Shown: positions 14,715 through 27,629 of the stretch, piece by piece
How positions within the stretch are numbered: the first letter of the stretch is position 1
Layout of the letters: each line of letters opens with the position of its first letter
From: Schmidtea nova
Taxonomy: Eukaryota
Reading direction: 5' to 3'
NCBI GenBank assembly: GCA_044892505.1
Contig: CM097882.1
Location: 258,664,001 to 258,728,000 of the forward strand
Length of the DNA stretch: 64,000 nucleotides
The notes under the pieces: model-generated
The model's database searches: none
The model's input: only the letters and a program-made list of their open reading frames with translations
Told to the model about the DNA's origin: nothing
Made by a program: the position numbers and the translations under genes

Positions 14715-14850
14715 ACAAGATAAGCCTTTGCTGCAAAGTTTTATTGGGTGAACATTTTCAATTATCAAATAATCTTCATCAATCATCAATCAATTGTTTA
14801 TAATAAAAATCTTTTACCCATTAAAACTTTGCAGCAAAGGCTTATCATGT
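14715..14850. mobile_element. 136-bp TA-flanked MITE
   Basis: TIR ACAAGATAAGCCTTTGCTGCAAAGTTTTATTGGG / CCCATTAAAACTTTGCAGCAAAGGCTTATCATGT, with TA on both sides. Confidence 0.8.
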
Positions 14851-14852
14851 TA

Positions 14853-15681
14853 CGTGGTGCGGTCAAAAAGTTTCCGGCCAACCCTACTTAACAAATTGAT
14901 TTTTTAATGGAAATAGGTTTATTTCATTGGAAATTTATTGACAATTTCATGTTGACCTAATCCATTTACTTTATCTGTTGCAGATGGAAATGTCGTTGCA
15001 AGTGCATTCACTGGGAAAAATTGAGTATCGCAGTGTTATTCGCTTTTGTGTTCTTCTCGGCCAAACCAACCAGGAAATCATGGCAAATCTGAATCGAACC
15101 TATGGCGAAAAGTGTCCCTCTCAGTCTACCATCAAGTTTTGGATTGCTGAATTCAAACGGGGTCGGCAAAGTGTGTCAGATGAGGAACGAGAGGGTCGAC
15201 CAACGACTTTGAGAAATGAAGATGTGAAGGAAAAATTGGAGAAAATGGTACTGGAAAATTGCCGTATAACTACTAGGCAGCTGGAAGAATCCCTACAAAT
15301 ATTACACGGCACCGTAGTGCAATTATTGAAAGACCTTAACTTCAACAAGGTGGTGTCTCGCTTTGTGCCTCGCTTTTTGACAACTAAGATGTGCAATAAC
15401 CGAAAGAATGCGTGTCTCATGAACCTCGCCATTTACCGCAAGTATGGAGAAAGATTTATCCAAAACATCCTCACTGTTGATGAGACACCGTTGCCCTTAC
15501 ATCAGCCTGAATCAAAGCGAGAGTCTATGGAATGGAGAAAGCTGGAAGAAGGAAAAGTTTGGAAGTCTCGTTCCGGAATGTCGCACAGACGGGAACTCAT
15601 GTTGACTGTGTTTTGGAGTCATAAGGGAGTGATCCTCACCGACTTTCTTGAGATGGGACGGACAATCAGCGGAGAATATTA
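14853..15681 (+). mobile_element. 3'-truncated mariner (5' TIR, HTH and first catalytic Asp; ORF from 14978)
   Basis: TA-CGTGGTGCGGTCAAAAAG terminus. Protein has EYRSVIRF, WIAEFKRGR, SRFVPRFLT, TVDETP, MLTVFW. It stops at a MITE insertion. Confidence 0.9.
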
Positions 15682-16019
15682 CGGTAAAACGTATTTATTA
15701 ATTATTCAAAACAGGTATTAGTATTGATAATAAATTAATATCAAGTAGTTTTGATTTGTTTCAATACTCTAAAATAGAAAATATTAATTTATGTATAATT
15801 TGAATAAATTTTAGTAATTATTTAACGATTTCAAAAGTCAAGATGTAATTTATTCATTGGTGGGATCTGTCTATGAAATATTGAAGCTGATACAATTACT
15901 CAATTTTATTTAAATAATAACTTTAATGCTTGAACCTTTCAATAAACTCTCCTTTCACAATTACGTAACGAGGCGGTCTTGTTTTTCATTGTCGAATCCG
16001 TAAAGCAAATACGTTTCCG
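15682..16019. mobile_element. Probable TA-flanked MITE truncating the third mariner
   Basis: TA-CGGTAAAACGTATTT ... AAATACGTTTCCG-TA imperfect TIR. Confidence 0.55.
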
Positions 16020-16317
16020 TAAAAAATGCTGTTAAATAAACTTTTCTCAATTGAATTCATTGATTCGAATCGTGTTCCTTTAAGCACCGATGTCAATTAA
16101 AACGAAAATCATTGTTACAAGGGAAGAAGTCTGACGAATTCGATGGATGTTACAAGATATTGGTCTGTCAAGAACTGCTTCGGAGAAAGTATAGTATGAA
16201 AAGGAGAATTGTTATAAGAATGTGACGATATTTATTTTATGTTCTTTTATCGGATGTAAGTAGCAAAGGAATTTGTAGAGCCCAACAGAGTCTCCAGTAA
16301 AAAATATTGTTTCGGGA

Positions 16318-16370
16318 CTGCGTGCGTGCGTGCGTGCGTTCGTGCGTGCGTGCGTGCGTGCGTGCGTGCG
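16318..16370. repeat. (TGCG)n microsatellite
   Basis: Direct observation. Confidence 0.95.
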
Positions 16371-17259
16371 TATGTATTTATTAAATATTTACAATTAACA
16401 AATCACAAATTGTATTCAAAACGAACAAAAGTGAAAACCAGAACTCCCTAATTTAGTGTCGTAAAAGTTTCCTTTTTGAAAGTCTTTTATTTTTATTTTC
16501 TATTTTTTCTTCTATTTTAAGATCTTGTTGGTTTAATTAATTCTTGTTGGATTTATTATAATATGTTTTTTTATAATTTAGTTTATTATAATTTGGCTTC
16601 TTGTTATTTACCTTTCCAAATGCTCCACTTTTTAATTTATTCTTTTGGATTCTTTTTCCTTTGGATTTTTAGGGTAGCATTATTATTCAAATATTTTCCA
16701 TAGTTATTCCAATTTTAATTTTTAATTTTTAACTTTTATAGATTTTTTTATATTTATATTATCTTAATTATTATAATATGATAAAATTGGTAATTCAAAA
16801 TAATATAAAGGGGGAAAACATCACACACCCGATGAATAAAACAATTAACAAAATTAAAAAGCAAAATGCAAAATGCAAAAATTAAACCTTTACACAAGAT
16901 ATTGGTCTGTCAAGAACTGCTTCGGAGAAAGTATAGTATAAAAAGGAGAATTGTATTGATGAATAAAGAAACTTCTATCCGTTTTATTTTACTCTTTCTC
17001 TCAGCTTTGTCAACCCCTTTTTATAGTATTACCGATTCACTAATGTATCATCTAGATCTAATTATGCCATAAGAAAGCCATAAAAATCATAATGAGCATG
17101 GCCTTGAACATGGACTTGTTTTGACGGACTTTTTGGTCAATTCTGAATGTGTAAAATATTATAATTTTGGAGTTGTGTCTAGAGTTAATTTTGAATTTTC
17201 ATTTTAACAGCCTTGTAAAAATATTATGAACATTGTAATTATTGTAATTATTGTTAGAT

Positions 17260-17326
17260 ACACGATATCTCGGCACAGCCTTTATCAGGTGTGCAGTTGA
17301 TAAAGGCTGTGCCGAAATATCATGTA
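17260..17326. ncRNA. Inverted pair of Penelope-type minimal hammerhead motifs (one per strand), both degenerate
   Basis: Plus strand: TTGATAA-A-GGC TGT GCC-GAAA-TATC. Minus strand: CACAC-CTGATAA-A-GGC TGT GCC-GAGA-TATC-GTGT. Confidence 0.65.
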
Positions 17327-18009
17327 CGCATCAACCAAAAAAATTTAGATCTATAGTTCTACAATTATTAATATGAAAATTATTGAATTAAATAAATATA
17401 ACTTGTTTTAATTTATTAATCTTTAAATCTGATTGATTTATTTGTTTTACTGGTTCAGTTTTATTATTTAGAAATAGAAGTAATCATTTTACGCCAATGA
17501 GCTCTGGAGAATCGAGAAATGCTTTTGTTTAAACTTACAAAGATGATGAGGCACAGGTCCCGGTCCATAATTTATTTCTTATAAACGAATCATTTTTTGT
17601 TTGTCAGATTAAAAAAAATTTAATTATTTTTAAATTAAAAAAAAACAAAAATAATAAAAAAGATAACTATGTCGAACAATTCCCAGAAATATTTGTTGTC
17701 ATCGTAGTCAAACACCTACACAACCTGAATGCATATTCCATCTGGATTTGTGGCGGATTTACACATTGAATACGAATGGATTGTCAGATGACATTTTCAT
17801 CATTGAAAAAAATCCTCAACCTGAAATCAGTCATCAAGTTAGAAAGTATAAAATAGCAAGAGATTATTACAAAAATTTTCACTGTTGTAAACTATCGAAG
17901 AAAATTTCATGTTTTTTATCTTCAATCCGGTCTAAATTTACTTTGTCGGTGTAAAATGATGATTTATTATAATTATAATATATTAGTAATAATAATAAAA
18001 ATAATCATA

Positions 18010-18013
18010 ATAA

Positions 18014-18072
<59 letters not shown>
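18010..18072. repeat. (AAT)n microsatellite
   Basis: Direct observation. Confidence 0.95.
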
Positions 18073-18075
<3 letters not shown>

Positions 18076-18609
18076 TAATAATGTTGGGCCAGGCAAACCA
18101 TCGATAATCTGAAAGAAAAATAAAATCAATACAAATAAATAATATAAAAACAGTAACAAAATAAATAACCAAGCACCGACAATTCAGCAATGTGCAGTAG
18201 AATCTGAAAGTAATAAACCATGAATTAAAATAAGTAATGACAATAAAAACTCACCCATGCGAAATACCAATAACTTGAAACTCTGACAGGGCGTGGGCAG
18301 ATATCACCGATAATCTACAATGAAATAAATTATAACAAAAAGATTCACGGATGATTAAACAACAACTTACTGAATTAGGTACACAAAGAAAAACATTAAA
18401 AATGAAATGCACACAATATCTGCACGCACACTAAATTATGATTGGCTGGCCGGCAACAAAAATTAGTATATAAGCAGCAGTCAAATTCAGTGTAAGAGAG
18501 TCTTATGCCATTACACCTTGTGTATTGAAGATATACCTGTAAAGCAATTGAATCGAAATAAAAGGTATGTTTATGTGAATTTTGATTTCTATAAACCCTC
18601 ATGATTAAC

Positions 18610-21270
18610 ATTCATAAGTTGTCCCGAAGGTCATCCGATCTGACGGGATCTTGGGCCTCTCAGCGCAACACATTTTCATGTGAGGGCTGATGCGGCGAAT
18701 GAATATGTTTTCTAAAATGATTTTGGGAAGGGGTGCACATAGGCATTGTTGTTCCAATTCTATCGACACTAGGGTCTAGCTGCACAGGAATTTAGAGTTG
18801 ATGCAGTTGATACTTGAGCGAGGTAAGTTCAATGAAGGCACCACCAGAACCAAGTAACTCGTCATAGCGATCAAAGATAAAGGGTAGGTACATAGTAGTA
18901 TAATTAGCAAATCGCTCTAGGAAGTCGAGGCCCTAGCAGCAGATACATTGGCGTGTCGCACGTTAATTTCACAAAGTTGCAGCTACATATTAAAAGGATA
19001 GGGTCCATCAGCGCACGTCGTGTGCAACAATCCAGACAACCTACAACAATAGTAATGAGCGCGAACACCCGAGTTTGTGCGTGAGATCAACATACTAACA
19101 ATGTACAAATAGAACTAAAACCCATCCCATCCAGAAATGTCGTTGTCCTGAGAGAGTCGCCAACATGAAAATTGTTTTACATTGAAAAAATAAAGTATGG
19201 TGATCTAGTCAATGCCTTTTGCTGAGTGAATGATGGTTTGAACAAGTTCATGCATTGTACGTTGAACCATAATAATCAATAGATCAACCAGGGATAGGCG
19301 TAGTAGAATAGATGAAATTCACCGTAAGCCAGCACGAGTACAACCAATATACTCTCATAAAATACTATGATGTGATCATTAATTTAGAATCCAGAATCCG
19401 ACTAAACTGAATGACTTACAGGTAAAAGTAAAGTTTTGTTTGAATAATAGTTTGAGAATGTCTGTATGAGGCGAATGATAATTAAATGCGTGATTGATGA
19501 TCCAGAAATTAGTCGAAAAGAAAATCACGCCAACAACGAGATCAGCCCCCGAAGCAGACATTCATTGACACAAATTCGACTCCAGAACGGATTAGGAGGT
19601 CTGCCGAACGCCATCTTCGGGCGTGGAAGCGTCACCATGTGGACGTCGAGGTGCGAGTAATGGCGTTTACCTTCAAGCTTCGAATCCGATGGGAAGGAGA
19701 CCCATCGTGGCCGGTGTCTCCGGACACTATGACGGAAACACAGGAAAAATGGTTCCTTCAATTCGAGGACGAGCAGGCCGTGCCCCGTTGGATCCTTCCG
19801 TTCAGCCCCATATCCGGCCAGGAGCTTAGACGGCTAGGCTACATACTGCTAGATCGGACAAGGTGCATCCGCACCGGAAAACTTCAACCCTACACCAATG
19901 CCCCCGGAAATCGGGATATAGATCAAAATGAGTGGAGCTGCGGAGTTCAGCTCTGGGAGGTATTTACCTTCCAGGATGAGTTGTGTTGGAATCCATGCCC
20001 AAAAATCTACCAGAAAGATGGAAAAGGACTAGCCGAGCGAGGATACGATCAAGATTTGGTCGACTTTCTATAAATATCCGACAATTGACAAAGCGATTTA
20101 CATGTGTTTCATCTTTAATAAATGAATGTCTTGTTAATCGTTTTATTTTCTGAATGTTTGCGGTGAAAATGTTTGGGGCATATATGGACTGAATAGCGAC
20201 CAGGAAGCAATGTGTTGTTTTGAGACAATTGACAATGATGATGATGTATGGGAGGGAAATAAGCGAGATCGGCGGAACCTATTATGTAGAGAATATACTA
20301 ACCAACCCACTTTTCCTTTAAGATGGATGTAGCAAAAGATCACCAATACAAGGAAGAGGCGAAACTGTCCCGAAAGCGAGTAAAAGCCCTCGAGAGTCAC
20401 CTGAAACAGCTAGACACCGAGATGTCCCGAATAAAAACAACTTGGTTCCATCCAGAACGGGTTAAAACCATCCAACAATCTAGATATCGAGCGGAACGAG
20501 CATTAGAAGAGCAGGCGTGCGAAACCGCAGCAGTCAAGCTAGAGCTCAGTAACTATCTATGCGCCTCTACAAAAGAATTTATTGAGCAGCAGCTGAAGCC
20601 TCTCATTCGTACGAGCACATTCAATCGTTGGGTTAAGTCGACTAGAGTCGAAATAGGAGTGCAAACCGATGTAGGTCCAACCCCAAGTCCAGAAAGCTCG
20701 GAGAAAGTTCGTCAGCCGGAGGGATCGAAACGCACCAAGAGAAGGAACCGCCTAGGCGCTAAGAGGCGTCGAGAAAGACGAGCATACGCGGAAAGAATTG
20801 GAATCGAGGTGGATCTCTTGAGTGGGTTGACTGAAAGGCAATTGTTGGCCGTAATCAATTCTGCTGTATTACTGGATAAAATAAATGTATTATCGTTAAA
20901 GGGTAGCCTTATAAATGAATGTGGAATGAATGATAATTTAAATAAACGAATGATTAAGTATATCTAAATCATTGATGCCAAGGGACATGAGGAATGTAAA
21001 TCAACCCCAGACGCAATGAGTTTAAATAAATGAGAGGGGACCGGAAGAAAACCACACAGACCTTCTATCGGTAATGGTGGACCCGTGAATAAATAAGGGA
21101 ATTGTAGCCGCAAGGTTGCTCACCTGCCTTATCATTTCACAACGTTGATACAGTTCCAACATGATGAGTAGTTAGGGATAAATCATGGGTATCAGCGGGG
21201 AAAGCGTTTTATGTTGGCGAGATTACCCTAACCAACCATATCAATATAATCTCCGTCGCAAAATCCGACC
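18610..21270. other. Copy 2 of the unclassified multi-ORF family; ORF-A about 19570-20073 (+), ORF-B 20323-20967 (+), decayed ORF on minus at about 18620-18930
   Basis: GC-richer than its flanks, with ORFs of 144 and 214 aa; homologous to 9740-11990. Boundaries approximate. Confidence 0.7.
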
Positions 21271-21279
21271 AACAAACCA

Positions 21280-21378
21280 GCAATAATAATAATAATAATA
21301 ATAATATTATCAATAATTCTCATAATGATGACTATAGATCAAAATTTTTTTATAAACAATAACACAATATTTCGGCAC
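21280..21378 (-). mobile_element. Penelope-like pseudo-LTR 3' end with partial hammerhead, next to (AAT)n; cut by a gap
   Basis: Reverse complement GTGCCGAAATATTGTGTTATTGTTTATAAAAAAATTTTGATCTATAGTCAT is nearly identical to the copies at 34.4 and 58.2 kb. Confidence 0.8.
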
Positions 21379-23532
21379 NNNNNNNNNNNNNNNNNNNNNN
21401 NNNNNNNNNNNNNNNNNNNNNNNNNNNNNNNNNNNNNNNNNNNNNNNNNNNNNNNNNNNNNNNNNNNNNNNNNNNNNNNNNNNNNNNNNNNNNNNNNNNN
21501 NNNNNNNNNNNNNNNNNNNNNNNNNNNNNNNNNNNNNNNNNNGATTTAATAAATAAAAATTACTACTCAGATAGACAAAAATTGATGTTTGATTTTAAAA
21601 TCTTCTAAAAAATTCTTATAGTCATTATGAACGCGTCATATGTGAAGCGTTGTTGGTAAGAACTTTGAATCTAAAGATTATTGTACAGAATGCAGTGAAA
21701 ACGTGCATTTTAAATGTTTTTAAATAGTTTGGATAATATCCCCGGTGTGTTGCTGTATTAATTAGAGTGGATTAAAAAATGAGTTTTATAATTAAATAAA
21801 TAATTTTTAAAAATTCATTAATAAATTAAAATTTTTAAATCATTTAAAAAAATATTTTTTAAATTAATTTTTAATGAATAAAATTAGACGTTTATTAAAA
21901 TAATATTTAAAATTCATGTAATTTTATTAAATTTGTTTAAGATATTGAATCATACATAGTTTTTTTTCTGGATGTCTATTGCCTGAAGATGATAACAAGT
22001 CTTTCAAAATATATAGTTAAGAGTTTATATGAATGGCGTTTTCAATAAAAATACTAANNNNNNNNNNNNNNNNNNNNNNNNNNNNNNNNNNNNNNNNNNN
22101 NNNNNNNNNNNNNNNNNNNNNNNNNNNNNNNNNNNNNNNNNNNNNNNNNNNNNNNNNNNNNNNNNNNNNNNNNNNNNNNNNNNNNNNNNNNNNNNNNNNN
22201 NNNNNNNNNNNNNNNNNNNNNNNNNNNNNNNNNNNNNNNNNNNNNNNNNNNNNNNNNNNNNNNNNNNNNNNNNNNNNNNNNNNNNNNNNNNNNNNNNNNN
22301 NNNNNNNNNNNNNNNNNNNNNNNNNNNNNNNNNNNNNNNNNNAAGTGAAAAACTCAGAAATCTCTATAGCAAGTATTGGTAATAAAGCGAGAATGAATTC
22401 CTGAAGTATCTGAAAACCAGTTTACAATGAAATATTTCATTTCAATAATGAAACGCAAACTGCATCTACACTCGATATCGTGTTCCCATCAACGAATGTG
22501 ACCCCTACCCCATCTCGCTTACTGATAAACTATGGAACGATAATTGATCTACAACGGAATACTGATTCTGTCAGCCATCTGCACAGATGCTATCTTAAGT
22601 ATATCAAATCGAATATCTAGTAACTTGAAACTAGTGGAGGACCTGATATTGATTATTCTACCCGCACAGATTCTAGTAGAGAATTCATCAAAGAAATAAT
22701 GATAGACTAATTTAGTATTCAACGATATAGAAGAGTGGCATTTGAGGAGAGAAGTAGAAAGCCTCGATAGGCATGAGAATGAATTATTGAAATCACAAAA
22801 AATAAAAATTAAGTTCCATATTGTTTTTGATGATAAAATTTTAATTCCGAGTAAATTTAGCATTCGGAAATAATTAATTATCATAACTGTTCTGTCTATT
22901 AGTTCTTATATTGATAACTATTATTATTATTCAAATATCTCTCCAATAGTCTTGGAGTAATAAATGGAATGGTTCCACCTGTTGCCATAGATTTCAGGGA
23001 ACATTATAAGTTTTATTTATGGTTCATGATAAGGATAATTTATGATTACCATATTATTTACACTATAAATTTACATCCTCTTCTACGGTAAATGTATATT
23101 TTTAAATAGAAAAATAAAATTAATTAGAAAATAAGATAAGTTTGTTTTTTAAAAAAGAATATGTAGCGTTATCTAGATTTCAATTTGGGAATATATTCTC
23201 AAAAATATTGAATTAACTACTTTCTGCATGACTTTTTTATTTCTGAAAATTAAAAATAAAAAAGAATTATTTTCAAAAATTTTATGTTTTAATAGTAAAA
23301 ATTCAAAATATTATTTTTGTTCAAACATGAAATTCTTGGCAGTAAGTTGTAATATTTACATGTAATCGCATTTGTTATATTTTTGTGAAATTACAGAAAA
23401 CAATTTCTGTTTTAATCGAGTTACAAATTAACCTCAAACTTTCAGCTCAAGACTTTAAGACCTACCAGAAGTCTATGGATAATTGCACATCAGACATACT
23501 TTTCCTTATATCAGTTAATTTTCAATACTATC

Positions 23533-24039
23533 TTTAGTAGCTGCAAAAACAATTATTAAGACGAAAAAAAATACATTCAATAAAACAAATTGTTCTTTCT
23601 TAGCTGCAGATATATCATCAGCTTTCACCGTTGAATTAATCTTCTTATGCTTCATGAAATAACTGTCTTTAATGCGCTCTGGAATATCAATGGTAGAAAT
23701 ATCTATCTTTGTGCTTGTAGTAATAACTGGGGTGATTGATTGTCTCATTCGCCTATTGTGCTCACTGAATTCTTTCGTACGATTTGAGTTCTTTTTAATT
23801 GCAACATTCGATTGGTAACTTTGTGGTTTGCGTTGGGTTTTAATTTGTGCAGCTTCCATTTTTTGTAAATTGCTTCTTGCTTGTTGTTTTTTGAAAAAGG
23901 CATAAAGTGCCATTTTTTTGTGATTTAAAACAAATTGATTTTTTTTATATAAATAAATTGATAATTGATTTTAATATATAAATAATATGACATTTAATTA
24001 AATAATATAATAACATATAATTATAACGGAGGCACTAAA
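23533..24039 (-). repeat. 3' LTR
   Basis: Direct repeat of 29340-29846; I saw about 3 substitutions. G-rich PPT (GGCGGGGG on minus) at about 24044-24051. Confidence 0.95.
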
Positions 24040-24090
24040 ATAGCCCCCGCCGAAGTACGCGGAGCGTATGGGAAAGGAAAAAACACGAAT

Positions 24091-25895
24091 TCAAGGATCT
24101 GAGTGGAAATGGAGATGGTAGTCTGAGAGATACTGTGGAGGACGGCGGATGCGATTGTGTGACAATGGGTTGCGAAATGTTTCGGTCTGCGGAATTGGAA
24201 AGGGTTGGTGAGCCTGTGGGTCTGGGTCAAATGTGGGGTCTTCGGTTAGATCTTCATCTGACTGGTGGTGTAGTGGAAGTTCGTTGTCCTGATCCGCTAA
24301 TATAAGAGCCGGTTTTAGGCGGTTCAGGTTTATGATGTGTGTTGTACCATCTATGTATAGTTCGGCCGTGTTTTTGTGTATTTTGATAATCGGGTATGGT
24401 CCTTTATACCGGGGCTTCAAACTGGATGAGTCAATGCATTTTAACCAGGCGTGTGAGGCTGAGGTAAGAGTATGCGGCATGTAGGGTTTGTAAGAGGTAG
24501 AGTATGTGAAGGACGGATTTGAGTCTAGAGCTAGGAAGTGGCTGCGGGCCTGGTTTATTTGTTGGAGAGACGATTCGGAGTCTGTTTCTATAAGTTCTGA
24601 TGGCATGCGTGTGTTAGCGCCGAACAGTAATTGTGCCGGGGAGACTCCACTTGAGCGATTGGGTGTGTTGTGCCATCCAAGTAGAACGAACGGCAGAGAC
24701 TTTGTCCATCCGGAGGAGGATGCGAGAATACGAAGTGAGGTCTTGATAGTGCGGTGGGCACGTTCGACAAGACCGTTGGTCTGTGGGTGATAGGCAGAGG
24801 TGCGTATGTGTTTAATGCTTAGCGCGTTTGTCAGGTAATTAAATAAGTCCGATTCGAATTGGCGCCCTTGGTCTGTAATGATGGTTGTAGGGATACCGTA
24901 ACGGGAAAGCCAGGTAGACACTAAGAAGTCTGCAACAGTGGGTGCTGTGATATTGGGTATGGGTACTGCTTCGAACCAGCGCGTCTTACGATCTATCATT
25001 GTAAGGATGAAGGAGAATCCGTTGTCCGCCGGAAGTGGTCCCACGAGATCAATGTGCAAAATATCGAAGCGGGAGCCTGTGGGGAAAGGGGTGAGCGGTA
25101 GTTTGACATGTTTGTGAACTTTATGCTGCTGGCACCCTTGACACTCACTTACCCATCGTTTGACGTCTTTGAATAGGGCGTACCAGGTGACTTTCTGGCG
25201 TAGTAGTGCGTATGTCGATTTGATGCCGGGATGGTGTAGGTTGTGAACTGCGAAAAACGCTTCTTTGCGAAGTGACTCGTGTAGAATGGGGCGTAGCGTA
25301 TTGTTGAAAGATGTGTCGTAATGCACACCGTCGATGAGTTTGTGGGAGTCTTTGAACCTGGAAATATCTTTCTCAGAAGGAGGCGTGGATGAAAGGATAT
25401 CTAGCGAGAAGATAGGAGAAAAAGATATTGAGGTTATGATCGCGCGCGAAAGGCAGTCTGCAATGACGTTGTCTCCACCTGCTATGTGTTTGATCACGAA
25501 ATCAAACGATGATAGAAATGCTAGTTGACGAAATACCCTATTCGATGGATCTTTCATGGTGAGGCAGTGTAGGAGAGGTTTGTGGTCGGTGAATATTGTG
25601 AAATGTCTACCCTCTAGGAAGTGTCGGAAATGTTTCACGGCCAGCACGATGGCTAGTAGCTCTCTGTCGAAGGCACTGTACCTTGTTTCTGCTAATGAGA
25701 ATTTACGGGAAGAGAATTTGATGGGACGGGAAACGTTGTCTTTAATCTGATGGAGAACAGCCCCAGCTGCTATGTCCGAGGCGTCGGTGGTTAGAGTGAA
25801 TGGCAGGTCGTTATGTGGGTAATACAGCTTTGAGATATTAGTCAATGCGTTTTTTACGTTGATGAAGGCCTGATCCGTTTCGTCGGACCATTTTA
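24091..25895 (-). CDS. pol: Pol C-terminal part: RT connection, RNase H, integrase
   Basis: [20 protein letters not shown] (HNLHHPG...CQGC), [29 protein letters not shown]. Separated from the RT frame by a 1-nt deletion near 25905 (GPKKAIIKW restored by one extra A). Confidence 0.95.
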
Positions 25896-27629
25896 TTATA
25901 GCCTTTTGGGGCCGTGATTGAGTGCTGACAGTGGTGCGGTAATGCGGGACGAGTTTGGGATAAATCTGTGGCAGAAGTTTACAGTTACGAGAAAGCTGCG
26001 AAGCTCTGTGACCGTGGACGGTTTGGGAAATGACCGGATAATGTCTAGCCTTTCTGGGAATGGTTCACATCCGTCTGCAGACAGTATGTGTCCTAGAAAA
26101 CGGACGCGCGACTTGAAGAATTGACATTTTTCAACGCTAATCTGAAGGTTATTTTTGTCGAGGACTTCAAAAACCTGTATTAAGTCTCTTGCGTGTGAGG
26201 ATTCGTCAGTAGAAGCGACAATGATATCGTCTAGATAGACGAAGGTGTGGTTGAGATGTCTGAAAGTGATGTCCATGAAGCGTTGGAGTGTTTGTGCGGC
26301 ATTCCTAAGGCCGAATGGCATGAACAAGTATTCGAAATTGCCGAAAGGGGTAGTTACAGCTGTTTTTGGAACGTCATCTGGATTTACAGGGAACTGGTGA
26401 AATGCTTTGGCGAGGTCGATCGTTGAAAAGACTGTATTCCCCGAAAAACGTGAAAATAGGTCCTTAATGAGAGGCATAGGGTAGGCGTCATGAATCGTTA
26501 CGCTGTTCAACGCTCGAAAATCACCACAAGGGCGGAAGGAGCCATCTTTTTTCGTGACTACATGGATAGGGGAAGCCCATGGGGAGGACGTGCGTCGAAT
26601 GATGCCTTTGTCTTCGAGTTCGGAAAATTCTAGTTCGACGGCCTGTCGTCTATTAATAGCCAGAGGCCTGGAACGAGCGCTTTGTGGTGTGCATGGAACA
26701 GTGGTGATGAAATGGACGGATTCTTTGCTGGGTACGTGTGTGGTAGACTTGGTGAGGAGGTTCGGGAAATTTGTGGCGATGACTGATTCTACGTTGTCTG
26801 TTGTTAAAGTGATTGTTGTTTTTGGCGACACTATCGCGGAAACTGGATGAGGGAGTTGATACAGTTTTCTATTTTTACAGTCGATGTTCACTTCTTCGGT
26901 AGTTAAGAAATCGAGACCTAGAATCGGGAATGTTGTGTCGGCAATGTAAAATGAGTGCGAGAAACGTTTAGAAAGGCCGGGAAGGCGAAATTCGATTGTT
27001 TTCGTACCGGAGAGCATTATGTGCGTACCGTTTGCGGCTATGGCGGAGGATGAGCAGGGTGTGTCTGCAGTGAAGGTGGTGGGTAGAATTGAATATGACG
27101 AACCTGTGTCTATAAGGACTGTTATTGTGCGTTGTTTGGGTTGTCCGTGTGCTTCTAACAGTTCGGCGGTGATGGTGAAATTTCCGGGAGTTCTGGTTAA
27201 AATTGATGTGGCCAGGGTTGCTCTGTTAATGGTGGAGGTGGTGGTCGGTAACGGTGGTGGTAGGATGCTCGTGTTGTCTGTGGGAATTTCGTAGTGAGGA
27301 GGGGTGAGTGGTGTTTGTGGCATTGATAGTGGCGCTTTTAGTGGTTTTATGCACGTTGATGTTGGTAATGATGCAGGCGGTTCTGAGAATGGTGTTTTTG
27401 TTGTAGGTGGCGTTTGTGTTTGTGTTGTGCGGGTTGTGCTGAGTGGTGTAGTGAGTTGAGCTGTGCGAAGAAATTGTCGTGCGTGGTGAGTAGTGGTCAT
27501 GCCTGAAATGGTGTTTGCTGGAGGAGTTGATATTGTGTACGCTGGACGTGGTTTGCTGTGAGGAAGAGTGTTCACTGGCAGGAAGTCATCGGAGCGTCCA
27601 GGAATATCCGATGACTCAGTTAGTTTTTT
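25896..27629 (-). CDS. pol: Pol N-terminal part: Thr/Pro-rich linker, aspartic protease, reverse transcriptase
   Basis: [36 protein letters not shown]. Confidence 0.95.
   Translation of the reverse strand, partial: KKLTESSDIPGRSDDFLPVNTLPHSKPRPAYTISTPPANTISGMTTTHHARQFLRTAQLTTPLSTTRTTQTQTPPTTKTPFSEPPASLPTSTCIKPLKAPLSMPQTPLTPPHYEIPTDNTSILPPPLPTTTSTINRATLATSILTRTPGNFTITAELLEAHGQPKQRTITVLIDTGSSYSILPTTFTADTPCSSSAIAANGTHIMLSGTKTIEFRLPGLSKRFSHSFYIADTTFPILGLDFLTTEEVNIDCKNRKLYQLPHPVSAIVSPKTTITLTTDNVESVIATNFPNLLTKSTTHVPSKESVHFITTVPCTPQSARSRPLAINRRQAVELEFSELEDKGIIRRTSSPWASPIHVVTKKDGSFRPCGDFRALNSVTIHDAYPMPLIKDLFSRFSGNTVFSTIDLAKAFHQFPVNPDDVPKTAVTTPFGNFEYLFMPFGLRNAAQTLQRFMDITFRHLNHTFVYLDDIIVASTDESSHARDLIQVFEVLDKNNLQISVEKCQFFKSRVRFLGHILSADGCEPFPERLDIIRSFPKPSTVTELRSFLVTVNFCHRFIPNSSRITAPLSALNHGPKRL
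27575..27629 (-). promoter_or_regulatory. -1 programmed ribosomal frameshift signal between gag and pol
   Basis: A AAA AAC heptamer (27629-27623) immediately before the gag TAA. A 10-bp stem AGTCATCGGA/TCCGATGACT starts 6 nt downstream. A -1 shift enters the pol frame (KKLTES). Confidence 0.85.

Noticed and set aside
16152-16955. ~60-bp direct repeats at 16152 and 16894 as mini-LTRs
   Set aside because: No TG...CA ends, PBS, PPT or TSD seen; probably a local duplication.
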